Assembly (NCBI GenBank): GCA_000965745.1
Contig: CP009479.1
Span: forward strand, 704,001 to 768,000
Direction of reading: 5' to 3'
Length of the DNA stretch: 64,000 nucleotides
From: an uncultured archaeon
GTDB lineage: Archaea; Thermoplasmatota; Thermoplasmata; Thermoplasmatales; Thermoplasmataceae
Every line of letters starts with the position of its first letter. Position 1 is the first letter of the stretch. This document shows, piece after piece, positions 1 through 9,674 of the stretch. The translations under genes were made by a program, and so were the position numbers. Below the pieces are notes generated by a model. It searched no databases. It was not told the DNA's origin and saw only the letters and a program-made list of their open reading frames with translations.

Positions 1-1
1 T

Positions 2-166
2 TCAGAGAGGATGTTACAGGGACTAAAAGACCAATTCATGGTCAATGATATGCTACTTAAAGTATTAGAACACAGCGTTGCTTTAGCCGAAGACGGTTTT
101 AAGAAATCCCTATTAGGCCAAATTGAACTAATTAGGATTGTATTACAACATTCACATTATAGTTAA
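2..166 (+). CDS. 3' end of an unknown ORF running in from outside the window
   Basis: Frame is open from the window start (SERMLQGLKDQF...IVLQHSHYS*). The IS630 sits in the TA of what was probably its TAA stop codon. Confidence 0.35.
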   Translation, partial: SERMLQGLKDQFMVNDMLLKVLEHSVALAEDGFKKSLLGQIELIRIVLQHSHYS

Positions 167-1245
167 ATACCTAACTTTCTATACTTATTATACTCCTCCG
201 GAATGAACTTCCTGATCCAGCCTATCGAGAAGGAATTGAACGGTGACAGTTCCTGGAAACTCTTAGAAATGAGGGATTTCATGTGATGTTCCGATGCAAT
301 GAAATTTCTCGATACAACTCTCTTTATGCTCTTCCATATGAATTCAATTGGGTTGAGATCAGGCGAGTATGGCGGCAGGAAAATGAGTTCTATTCTGAGT
401 TCTAGGGATAATTCCATCACCTTTGCTGCATGATGTGATGCAAAATTATCCAGCACCACCTTGATCTTCTTTTCAGGATTGTTCCTCCTTATCTCAACCA
501 GAAACGCGCAGATATCCTCCTTCCTTGATCGCTCCATGAAGCTGCATGTACTTGTGCCATTGATTGCATAGAACCCTATGCAATTGATTCTGTACTTAGC
601 TGTGTTCTTTATCTTCTCTGACCTTTTGAAGGACCACATCCTTACAGTGTTGGATGTGTTCTGTGGAGATGACTCATCCAGGAATCCTATGATCTCATCA
701 TCCATGCTGATCTGGCCTAAGTTTTTTTTAGCCTTTCCTCAGCGTCCTTTGGACGCCTGAAGTCATGCGGATATGGCTTTGAGTACTTCATGCCCATCTG
801 CCTGAGGATCGTGCGTACATGCTTCTGTGAGAACCTGATTCCGAATCTCTTCTCAATGAGTTTCTGTACCTCCTCTGTGGTCCAGTCATCCCTTTCCTGC
901 AATATTGTCCTGAGGCGTTCTTTCTTCTCCCCGGAGAGCTTAGCGGGCTTGCCGCCTGCAAATCTAGGTGCAAGGCCGTCATATCCATCCTCATTCCACC
1001 GGTCCTGCCACTGGTACCCGACCATCTTGTACACTCCGACCTTGGATGCAGCCTCTTCCACTGAATCTCCGTTGTAACGGTGCCTGACAAAGTACAGGCG
1101 CTTGAGGATCCGAGTGTCCTTCTCCAGTGTCTTGATACGCTTTTCAAGCTCTTCCACACTCATTTTTCTGTCAATTGGTATGGTCTCCTTCCTGCCCATG
1201 GTTGTATAATACTAATACGTATTAAAAGTATGGTATTTAACTATA
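158..1245 (-). mobile_element. IS630-family insertion sequence (two-ORF type)
   Basis: Inverted repeats TATAGTTAAATACC (158-171) and GGTATTTAACTATA (1232-1245), TA at both ends, enclosing HTH and DDE ORFs. Confidence 0.92.
163..1199 (-). CDS. IS630 transposase, orfA (717-1199) + orfB joined by a -1 frameshift
   Basis: orfA is HTH-like and ends CTA AAA AAA ACT TAG. The -1 frame continues KNLGQISMDDEIIGFLDES... with VLDN and LPPYSPDLNPIE motifs. Confidence 0.88.
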
Positions 1246-1276
1246 ATTTGAACCGGAGAAAAATGGAAACACAACA

Positions 1277-1605
1277 TCACTTTCGCCGATCATGTGAAAT
1301 TAAAAAATCTCTGAGTTTGTTGAAAGCCAATTTCCCCTTCTCCATGATTCCAATAAGATACCTGTTCTGATAACTTGTCTTGTCGATCCTCAAGGAGACA
1401 ACTTCTAGTTCATGCCCTTCTCAATACACGCAAATAGTCGATCCACGGATATGCCGGATCCGTTAAGTATTTCCGTTATTGATTGTTCGCCCTTCTTATC
1501 TAGGTAAAGCAGAGTCTCTGAAAGTCGGACTACCTTCCTATTATCACTGCAATAACTGAAATTACGTATGAATCTGGCGGGGCCGGCATTTTGACTTGTC
1601 ACCAT
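1277..1605 (-). pseudogene. Frameshifted winged-helix regulator, paralogue of 43967-44242
   Basis: ORF 1405-1605 (...SGISVDRLFACIEKGM) continues in another frame as ELEVVSLRIDKTSYQNRYLIGIMEKGKLAFNKLRDFL. This aligns by eye with DLGIIKARIESSSYPPKNLISLTEKGKKVAEKLKEL. Confidence 0.7.
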
Positions 1606-1687
1606 AGGAATAGGTCGATTTTAAATCAGAAGGAATTAAATGGATGGGGATTCAGTATCTATTGATATTAGCAGAATTAGTTGAGTT

Positions 1688-2722
1688 CTACTTAATTCCT
1701 CTAATTATTGCATGATCATGCATGTCTAAAGCGATCCTCGTGATATCTTTCCACCTAATGACTTCCACCAGCCCATCATTTCTCTTTATACTTAAGTATG
1801 GTCCAATTGACACAACCGAACCGACAATAGTTGATAGACCCTTACTTTGTGGGACATTGTCAACTTCCGGTTGATAAGTACCGGTGATACCAGTAGGATG
1901 TCCGCAGGAGACCTTCTTCAGTCTTGAACCGGTGCTTAAAAAGCCATGACTGTACTGAGAAATGCTGTTCCGCCTTGTCTGAGGTCTTCTCCACATCAGG
2001 ATTCTCAAGATACTTTGTGGCATCTTGAAAGTTATCTCCACTTTGAACCATTTCTGATTGGATAGCACTTCTGTTTTGAATAGGAAATTCTCCAAATATG
2101 GATATAATCCTTTTTGGGAGAATACGACTGCGAATGAAAAAATCACTAAAAAGTCCCCAAGAAGGCTTATCGGCGTAAATTTACCAACGGGATAAACAAC
2201 CGTGGGTATATTCGTGTAGAAGTTGGATGAGATAAATAATGGAAGAAGCACCGAAATAAAGAAGATTTTGTGTATCTTAATTTTAGAATATAAGTCTGCG
2301 AACACACTAATGTCTCCTCCACTAGGGTTCACTTCTTTTGAAGTATATTCAATCAGACTGGTTGCTTTATAATGCAGACTTACAAATAATCTAACCCAGA
2401 CTATACTCTGAATGAAAAATGTAAACCACCACAATAATCCCACGATTGAGTTTGGGTGCTGAACATTCAAAGGAAAAAGTGATTGAAAGTACAGAGTTAC
2501 CGCTAGAACAAAAGGCACTGCATAATATAGATCTGAAAATTGCGTTTTATTCACCAACTCAAAGAAATTTCTCATTTCTTTATTGGCTGAAGTGAAAATT
2601 TGAATCGACTTCTTTCTATTGAATGGTGATAATGGTAGAGCTCCGGTTCTGTTCTGCAAAATCTGCAAAGTGGGAAGCAAAATAGTTGCCCCCAGAGTAA
2701 TTTCCGCGAAAGTGCTTACCAT
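1688..2722 (-). CDS. Hypothetical membrane protein
   Basis: 344-aa ORF with about 5 hydrophobic segments and a soluble C-terminus; no recognised motif. Confidence 0.65.
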   Translation of the reverse strand: MVSTFAEITLGATILLPTLQILQNRTGALPLSPFNRKKSIQIFTSANKEMRNFFELVNKTQFSDLYYAVPFVLAVTLYFQSLFPLNVQHPNSIVGLLWWFTFFIQSIVWVRLFVSLHYKATSLIEYTSKEVNPSGGDISVFADLYSKIKIHKIFFISVLLPLFISSNFYTNIPTVVYPVGKFTPISLLGDFLVIFSFAVVFSQKGLYPYLENFLFKTEVLSNQKWFKVEITFKMPQSILRILMWRRPQTRRNSISQYSHGFLSTGSRLKKVSCGHPTGITGTYQPEVDNVPQSKGLSTIVGSVVSIGPYLSIKRNDGLVEVIRWKDITRIALDMHDHAIIRGIK

Positions 2723-2927
2723 CTTAAAGTGACAAAACCTTTAGGGAGAAATTATTTTCGGACTGCAGCAAGCTCTCTTACTTTTCAGTTCTCCCGTAAT
2801 TAAAATTTGCCTTCGTAGAATCGATTACTTTGAAGTTGTAAAAGTATTTAATTGATTAAATAATATGGTTGAATATGTTATATTCTGTAAGATATTTCTT
2901 ATCTTATCATACTCACATTGGTGAGGC

Positions 2928-4144
2928 TAGATTATCGTTCGCTTAATAATTAGTCTATTATTATATACCATCTTTTCATATCTTATGGATATAAATGGTG
3001 TTCAGGAGGAATTTTCCGAAACCGAAGTTCACTGAAGAACAGCTTGCAGATCTTGGAAAGATAAGGAATTCAAGGAGCGAGGAAAGAAGGCGTGTAATCA
3101 GGGCAGGAATAATTCTTGACTACATCGCTGATCTCAGCGACGAAGTCATAGCAAGGAAGAACCATGTAAATAAGAACACCGTAAAGAACACCCTCTCCAA
3201 GTTAAGAGAATTCGGCGTTGATTCTGCTCTTGCTGATCTTCCAAGGCCAGGAAAGCCACGCAGGATCACCGACGACGATAAGGCATGGATCCTGAATCTT
3301 GCCTGCACAAAACCATCGGAACATGGATATCCCAATGAACTCTGGACATATTCCCTGCTCACATCCCATGCAAGGATGAGCAGGCCATCATTGAGAGACG
3401 TGAGCCGTTCCACAATTCACGATATACTGACACTTGCAGCGATCAGGCCGCACAAGATCCGGTATTACGTAGAGAACAGGGATGAGGATTTCGAGAACAA
3501 GATGGCAACCATTCTTCATGTTTACAAGGAGGTCGAAATTATCAACTCCGGATCTGCAGAGGATGACCTGAAGGATACCATAACAATATCATTCGACGAG
3601 AAGCCTGGAATACAGGCACTGTCACTGAAATCTGAGGAGCTTCCTCCTGTTCCCGGAAAATACCCATCTGTAACGAGGGATTATGAATACAGGAGACTGG
3701 GCACGTTATCACTTCTTGCAGGATTGAATCTTCACAGTGGAAAGGTTACGGAGATTACCTCCAGAACACACAATAGCGACGACTTCATAAGATTCCTGAA
3801 GAAGCTTGATTCCTCATATCCAAAAGAGATAACCCTGAGGCTGATCCTGGACAACCTCAGGGTTCACACATCAGAGAAGACAAGGAAGTATCTCGCAACC
3901 GTTCCGAACAGGTTCGTGTTTGTGTTCACCCCCAAACATGGATCATGGCTCAACATCGTTGAAACGCTGTTCAGCAAGATCACAAGGACACTCCTGAAAG
4001 AGATAAGAGTGAAGAGATTTGAAGAGCTCAAAGAACGCATAGACCAGTATTTCGATGAGCTGAACAGGTCACCAGTCATATTCAGGTGGACCTACAAAAT
4101 GGATGAAACTGTAATAGCATAGAAATTAAGAGAACGCTCATCTA
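2928..4144 (+). mobile_element. IS630-family IS, copy 1 (single-ORF type)
   Basis: Imperfect IRs TAGATTATCGTTCGCTTAAT / ATTAAGAGAACGCTCATCTA, CTAG context at both ends; same sequence as 39669-40885. Confidence 0.93.
2995..4122 (+). CDS. IS630-family transposase
   Basis: N-terminal HTH (LADLPRPGKP), SFDEKP, ILDNL and TPKHGSWLNIVE motifs. Confidence 0.93.
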   Translation: MVFRRNFPKPKFTEEQLADLGKIRNSRSEERRRVIRAGIILDYIADLSDEVIARKNHVNKNTVKNTLSKLREFGVDSALADLPRPGKPRRITDDDKAWILNLACTKPSEHGYPNELWTYSLLTSHARMSRPSLRDVSRSTIHDILTLAAIRPHKIRYYVENRDEDFENKMATILHVYKEVEIINSGSAEDDLKDTITISFDEKPGIQALSLKSEELPPVPGKYPSVTRDYEYRRLGTLSLLAGLNLHSGKVTEITSRTHNSDDFIRFLKKLDSSYPKEITLRLILDNLRVHTSEKTRKYLATVPNRFVFVFTPKHGSWLNIVETLFSKITRTLLKEIRVKRFEELKERIDQYFDELNRSPVIFRWTYKMDETVIA

Positions 4145-4262
4145 GTTAGTCTGATCAATTTTTATCGTGAACCCATTCCTGATACCAGTCAAACCTATTA
4201 TACAACATGAGGTTTCTTGTTACAAAGTTTGGTCACCAAGCAACTACTAAGAGTGTATAAAT

Positions 4263-5180
4263 ATGTATCCTGAAGAGATAATTATAGGAATATTTTCATA
4301 CAATGAGGGAAATAATTTAAAGAGGATAGTTCAGCATATTTTGAGTGAGGAACCACGACTTTCCAATCAAATTCTCCTTTTGGATGACAGTGATGATCCT
4401 TACAGTCTACAGGTCTTGAAAGAACTAACAGAGAAATACGGTATAAGAAAAATATCAAACAAAGAAAGAAAAGGGAAAATCTTTTCCTACAATACTCTTT
4501 TAAAATACTTTTTAGAATCCAATGCAGATGTACTAGTACATTTTGATGCGGATTTGATTCTCGAATCTGGAGTAATCAAAAAGCTCTACAATAATATTGC
4601 TAGTGGAATATTCGATGTCACTGGATGCATGAATAGATCACTTCTAGGACGAACCCTATTTGAAAGATCGGTGAGGTTGTTATCAGTTATGGGGGAAAGA
4701 GCTAGAATGGATGGTACAATGGATTTGCCACTGGTAGGCCATAACGGAGCTTATAGCAGAAGGGCTGCCAATATTATTTACCCTGTTCCTACAGGGGGGA
4801 TAAACGAGGAACTTTATGTTGTTTCCATAATGTTATCCAATGGCCTGAAAGCTGGCTTGACCAGGGATGCACTTTCATACTTCAGAGTTCCATCTAACAT
4901 GAATGATTATATCATGTCTCACAGGAGACTCGCCGCTCAGACCAAGAAATTCATGAGCATAAACGAGAGTCGATCTGGGGGGAAAATCCTTGAAAAGGCT
5001 TTAGAGAAGACAAGAATAAGAATGTCGATGAGGCATGTGTATGCTTCAGTAAGTAAGGATATAGCAGGACTCATTTTGTCTCCATACATACTTGCCATCA
5101 GAAAAGCAGCAATTTGGAGTTCGGGAATCAGTAATGAAGATGAATGGGAAATAGTCAGCAGCACTAAGAATCTGGATTAA
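4263..5180 (+). CDS. Glycosyltransferase family 2
   Basis: IFSYNE, LDDSDD and FDAD motifs. Confidence 0.85.
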   Translation: MYPEEIIIGIFSYNEGNNLKRIVQHILSEEPRLSNQILLLDDSDDPYSLQVLKELTEKYGIRKISNKERKGKIFSYNTLLKYFLESNADVLVHFDADLILESGVIKKLYNNIASGIFDVTGCMNRSLLGRTLFERSVRLLSVMGERARMDGTMDLPLVGHNGAYSRRAANIIYPVPTGGINEELYVVSIMLSNGLKAGLTRDALSYFRVPSNMNDYIMSHRRLAAQTKKFMSINESRSGGKILEKALEKTRIRMSMRHVYASVSKDIAGLILSPYILAIRKAAIWSSGISNEDEWEIVSSTKNLD

Positions 5181-5434
5181 GAATTCTCAACGTATGTGGT
5201 TTCTCCATATAAATTCTAAATCGTTTTTTTATCTAATCTATTTGCCTCACCTATGAGATTCCATAAATACGAGTAATATTACCGTCTGCTTTTTCAATGA
5301 TGTTGAAGGGACTAAAATTTAGAGTTGTTTTTAATTTGACTTTATCGATCACCAATCACTGAAGATCCACTTACTTCGTTGAAGTGAATTTTGGTTTGGA
5401 CCCCTATTGTGGGAGTAGATTGTCTTCTTAGCTA

Positions 5435-6355
5435 TCATCTCTCTTCTATTAGATTTTCCTTCCATGTTTCATAAACCTCCTTTGGTGCTCTGTATCCGAT
5501 CGCCGAATGCAGTCTCTCATTGTTGTAGAATGCAATGAACCTGTCGATTGTGCCATCTGAATCCTTGAACGATGAGAACTCAAACCTTCTGATCACTTCC
5601 TTCTCCAGGATAGAGTTGAACGACTCGATGTGCGCATCTTCCTTTGGTGTGGCGGGATGAATCCTCTCATGCTCGATGTTCGAGGAGGAGAGGAACTGTT
5701 CCACCATCCTGGATACAAACTGCGTGCCATTGTCGCTCCTTATTCTGACCTTTGATACTGCATTCCCTCCTCGATCCAGGAAAGCGAAGTCCATCGCCAT
5801 CTTCACATCCCTTGAGGTGCAGTGATATCCCATGTAATGGCCGACAACCTCCCTGGTGAAGCAATCAATTATGGCGAACAGGTAGGCTGTCCTGTTCTCT
5901 CCCTGTATGTAGACATACTTGATGTCCATCTCCCAGACTTCATTTGGTGCATGAACATCCACAACGGACTCAACAACCCTCTTTGCAGGACTGCGATAGT
6001 TGTATGTGTGGTTGAGAAGGTTATTCTCCTTCATGAGACGGAAAACCTTCTTCCTGTTGATCCTGTACCCGGATCTCTGAAGGTGCTTTGTCACCTTCTT
6101 GTATCCATAGCAGACAAACTCCCTTGAGAGCAGTTCCCTGATCTCATCGAGTACCTGATTGTCAGGAACAATGATCTTACCGGCAGTGGAGGAGAGTTCC
6201 GTTTTCACAGTACGTTTCCTCCCTCTCCTCATTCCGATCATTGAAGGCTTCCGGTAATAGGTGCTCTCAGGAATGTGGAGAAGTTCCAGAATCCTTGAGA
6301 CATTGAGGCCTCTGGTTCTATATTGTTGGATCAGGACTGCCGCCTCCTTCTTTTT
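5435..6355 (-). CDS. IS3 transposase OrfB (integrase core), -1 frame to OrfA
   Basis: YGYKKV, WEMDIKY, IRSDNGTQF, IESFN and YNNERLHSAIGY motifs. The frame opens at the A7 run at the end of orfA. Confidence 0.9.
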   Translation of the reverse strand, partial: KKKEAAVLIQQYRTRGLNVSRILELLHIPESTYYRKPSMIGMRRGRKRTVKTELSSTAGKIIVPDNQVLDEIRELLSREFVCYGYKKVTKHLQRSGYRINRKKVFRLMKENNLLNHTYNYRSPAKRVVESVVDVHAPNEVWEMDIKYVYIQGENRTAYLFAIIDCFTREVVGHYMGYHCTSRDVKMAMDFAFLDRGGNAVSKVRIRSDNGTQFVSRMVEQFLSSSNIEHERIHPATPKEDAHIESFNSILEKEVIRRFEFSSFKDSDGTIDRFIAFYNNERLHSAIGYRAPKEVYETWKENLIEER

Positions 6356-6636
6356 TTATATGCTTCCTGCAGCATTTCCACCTCGAGTTCCCTCTCGGCA
6401 AGCATCTTCTTCAACCGTTCATTCTCCTTCTTCAGCTTCCTCACGCTTGGATCCGAGTGCCTGGTTCTCGATCTGAGGCCTTCCACACCATACGTGTCGA
6501 ATATCTCCTTCCAGCGGTAGAACATTGTTGGATCCGCACCATATTTCCTGCATGTCTCAACAACCTGGCCCTTCTCCTTGATCTCGTTGATCAGTGCGAG
6601 TTTCTCCTCTGCCTTCCATCGTCTCCGCTCGGTCAT
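6331..6636 (-). CDS. IS3 transposase OrfA (HTH + leucine zipper)
   Basis: MTERRRWKAEEK...FYRWK...LKKENERLKKMLAE; homologous to 31301-31603. Confidence 0.88.
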   Translation of the reverse strand: MTERRRWKAEEKLALINEIKEKGQVVETCRKYGADPTMFYRWKEIFDTYGVEGLRSRTRHSDPSVRKLKKENERLKKMLAERELEVEMLQEAYKKRRRRQS

Positions 6637-6642
6637 TGTTCC

Positions 6643-8540
6643 GTAGGGTAAAAACCTGGATTTCTCCAGGCCCTTCCACATCAAACCGTACGGTCGGTTT
6701 TCCCGAATACGGCTTTCCGGTGCGCTTCACCACGCGGCATTCGACCTGGATAGGAGATTCTGCCTGTCATTTTCATAAGACCCGTTTTTCGTGCGACACT
6801 CTTAGTATCTCCTTTCCAGGAGACCCTTGGGATCTTATGCTGATGGCTGTAGAACTTAGAGACCTTCCACTCGACAAACATGTGCAGGGTGGAGTACTGT
6901 TTGCTAGCATTTGTATGGTTGAAGTAGTTTGTCCATCCCCTGATCAGGGAGTTCAACTCATCGATCAGAGTGTTCATCGATTTGATGTGCGTCAGGTGTA
7001 TCGATGTGAGTGCTTTCACCTTTTCCCTGAATTTTCTCATGGATCCAGCGGAAGGATAGACCTTTGTAACTGGCTTGCCCGATACATGGGACACTTTCCT
7101 GATGAAGTGGAATCCCAGAAAATCAAAACCATCTTCGGCAGTGATCACACTGGACTTCTCCCTGTTCGGTTCAAGTCCGAGAAGGGATATTATCCTTTCC
7201 AGCGTTTCTGCCACTGCCTGTGGATCCTTGTTCGTCAGTGCGAGAAGATCGTCTGCATATCGAACAAGATGGGCGCTATGCTTGAGCGGGCTTTCCATTC
7301 CCCTCCTTGTCCAGAGTGAGTCAAGCTCATTGAGGTATATGTTAGCCAGAAGAGGCGAGATAACGCCTCCCTGCGGAGTGCCCTGTTCAGGATAACTCGT
7401 GTTCCCCTGGAAGACGATACCTGCCCTGAGCCATTCCCTGATGAGCTTGATCACATATGGATCAGTGATTCGCTTCATGACGGAGAAGACCATCTTCTCG
7501 TGATCAATGTGGTCAAAGAACCCCTTGATATCCATGTCCACTATGTTCGTGTATCCAAGGTTGAGCAGATGACGGATCTTCTCCGAGGCCTGCATTGCAG
7601 ATCTTCCGGGTCGGTACCCGAAGCTGCAGTCCTTGAAATCCGCTTCGAATATTGGCTCTATGATGGATTTCACCGCCTGCTGAACCACCCTGTCCCGGAT
7701 CGTTGGAATACCCAGAGGCCGAAGCTTTCCATCGCCCTTGGGTATGAAGACCCGCTTCACTTTTGGTATCCTGTATGTCTTCATTCGAAGCTGCTGCTGT
7801 ATCTCTGTTAGGAATTGATCGACTCCGCGATTTTCTATGTCCTCTATTGTCTCGCCATCAACGCCAGGTGCTCCATCATTCCCTGCAACTGCTTTCCATG
7901 CGGCTCTCAAAACATCGAGCCTGCACACCTTGTCGTGTAGGGAATAAAATCTTCTTTGTTCGTCCGTCTTGGCCGCGTGGTAGAGCCCATTCTGCAGGGA
8001 TTCGAGTGTTTTCAATCTTCGTACCCCCTTTCGAGAGAATAGAATACTCCTCCCCTGTAAATGGGCATGCACAGAGCAGGGTTCCTTCCCTTGTCTGGAG
8101 TTGTGCTGTCTCCGGATTCATTGGTACTATTAACCCCTCCGACTCCTTGCATCTCATTGCGATCCCTTTCCCTTACGGTTATAGGATCAGCTACCACTAC
8201 TCAACCCTCCAAGGCATGTTCGTGGAAGCTGCAAGGTCTCCCGATTTAGCGCATATGACATTCCTCTCTTGCCGTCGGCAGGACACCGGGAAGGCGGGTA
8301 TTCCAATGTGGCTGTACAGAATACCCATGGCAGTCTTCGCCTTTTGGGGACGGGCTCGACCCTTCCATTTGGGCTCACGGTGCTATGTTCCGTTCTCTCT
8401 CGATGCGGCCAGAGATTTTGCAGAATGGATAACTTCACACCACCCATCACTGGGAAGCATGTATCCTCTGCTATGTGGCTGAACCACTGATTTCCACAGT
8501 AAGACTTACACTCACTTGCCATATGTTTTCCTCGGCGTGC
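6643..8540 (-). mobile_element. Group II intron (ribozyme + RT ORF)
   Basis: Domain V AAGCCGTATTCGGGAAAACCGACCGTACGGTTT and domain VI hairpin CCTGGA-GAAA-TCCAGG ending ...TACCCTAC. The 5' end was placed by comparison with the intron-less IS copy at 31223. Confidence 0.9.
6681..8015 (-). CDS. ltrA: Group II intron reverse transcriptase/maturase without endonuclease domain
   Basis: [49 protein letters not shown] and RGWTNYF motifs; no HNH. Probable TTG start at 8015 (ORF is open from 8072). Confidence 0.93.
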   Translation of the reverse strand: MKTLESLQNGLYHAAKTDEQRRFYSLHDKVCRLDVLRAAWKAVAGNDGAPGVDGETIEDIENRGVDQFLTEIQQQLRMKTYRIPKVKRVFIPKGDGKLRPLGIPTIRDRVVQQAVKSIIEPIFEADFKDCSFGYRPGRSAMQASEKIRHLLNLGYTNIVDMDIKGFFDHIDHEKMVFSVMKRITDPYVIKLIREWLRAGIVFQGNTSYPEQGTPQGGVISPLLANIYLNELDSLWTRRGMESPLKHSAHLVRYADDLLALTNKDPQAVAETLERIISLLGLEPNREKSSVITAEDGFDFLGFHFIRKVSHVSGKPVTKVYPSAGSMRKFREKVKALTSIHLTHIKSMNTLIDELNSLIRGWTNYFNHTNASKQYSTLHMFVEWKVSKFYSHQHKIPRVSWKGDTKSVARKTGLMKMTGRISYPGRMPRGEAHRKAVFGKTDRTV

Positions 8541-8730
8541 CCCCAGACCCTCTTCAATATGGTCTTTAATATATTAATATCACTATTAGTCAATCTTCTC
8601 CATTGATTTAAGGGGCCAGACCAATTTGTTGGTAAGGTAATTCATATTCACTTGTAAATATGACTTGTTGTTTATGAATGTTTGATGATGTAAACACACT
8701 TACGGTATTGCTCAAATTCCATTTTGGGGT

Positions 8731-9645
8731 ATGTGTGAGTCTTCTTACTTATTGAAAGTAGAAGAAAATTTTTATCTTATATATTCTCATGGAAATGTTG
8801 TGTTTTCCATAGGTCATATAACCTCAGTAATAAGGTATAGAAAAGCCTTTAGAAATTACCCCACTGTTTTTATTAAGTTGTTGAAAGGAAAATATGATTT
8901 TCAGGTAATTATGAGAAAAGATAAAAACAGAATTAGAACATATAGTCAATCGTTATTATATTTCTTGTCTTTTGCACCCGAGGGTTACTATTACGATAGT
9001 AAAGACGATATTCTAAGATTTAATTTCAATGGGAGGTCTGTTTATCTCAAAGGTACACTTAAAAACGGCGACGTAGGTGGCATTTTTGGGGATATGAGTT
9101 ATGATATTAATGTTAGGGATAAAGTAGTCCTTGATGTTGGTGCAAACATTGGGGACAGTGCCGTTTTTTTCGCCTTAAGTGGTGCAAAGAGAGTAATAGC
9201 AATCGAACCAATAAAGAAGAACTTTGACTTGTTAACTGAAAATGTACGAGTTAATAACCTAGAAGGAATAATAATTCCCATTTTTGGCGGGCTCGGTGCT
9301 CAAAGATCTCAAATCTTCATTGATCAAGACAATCTTGTTGGGACAAACATTAATCTTTCGGAAAGTGCGTATATTGAAGGTTTTAAGACCGAGATCTATT
9401 CATTCGGTGAAATTTTGACTAGATATGAATGCTCAGTAATGAAAATTGACTGTGAAGGGTGTGAATATGACTTATTTGAAAAAGTCTCACTTTCCGATGT
9501 TCATCTACTTGATATTATAGTGGGCGAATATCACTCGAATGGGGTCTCGGAGATTGAGAAAATATTGGGAGAAAAAGCAGGCTTCCATGTTGACATTAGA
9601 GGCAACTCCAAGAATGGTATCTTCAAAGCAACTAAAGAAAATTGA
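8731..9645 (+). CDS. FkbM-family SAM-dependent methyltransferase
   Basis: VLDVGANIG and MKIDCEGCE motifs. Confidence 0.9.
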   Translation: MCESSYLLKVEENFYLIYSHGNVVFSIGHITSVIRYRKAFRNYPTVFIKLLKGKYDFQVIMRKDKNRIRTYSQSLLYFLSFAPEGYYYDSKDDILRFNFNGRSVYLKGTLKNGDVGGIFGDMSYDINVRDKVVLDVGANIGDSAVFFALSGAKRVIAIEPIKKNFDLLTENVRVNNLEGIIIPIFGGLGAQRSQIFIDQDNLVGTNINLSESAYIEGFKTEIYSFGEILTRYECSVMKIDCEGCEYDLFEKVSLSDVHLLDIIVGEYHSNGVSEIEKILGEKAGFHVDIRGNSKNGIFKATKEN

Positions 9646-9674
9646 GTAGATAATTGATTTTTGAATAACATGCT

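Larger units (their letters stand above)
5392..8623 (-). mobile_element. IS3-family IS carrying a group II intron
   Basis: Imperfect IRs TGGTTTGGACCCC... (5392) and TGGTCTGGCCCC... (8623, minus strand); 4-bp target duplication ATTT at 5388-5391 and 8624-8627. Confidence 0.9.

Noticed and set aside
6681-8072. Retron, DGR or defence-associated RT
   Set aside because: Domains V/VI and the maturase X-domain motif identify a group II intron; no template/variable repeat pair was found.
6594-8522. Long ORFs 6594-7319, 7763-8482 and 8187-8522
   Set aside because: They are antisense or overlapping frames in the GC-rich intron RNA and RT gene, with no protein motifs.
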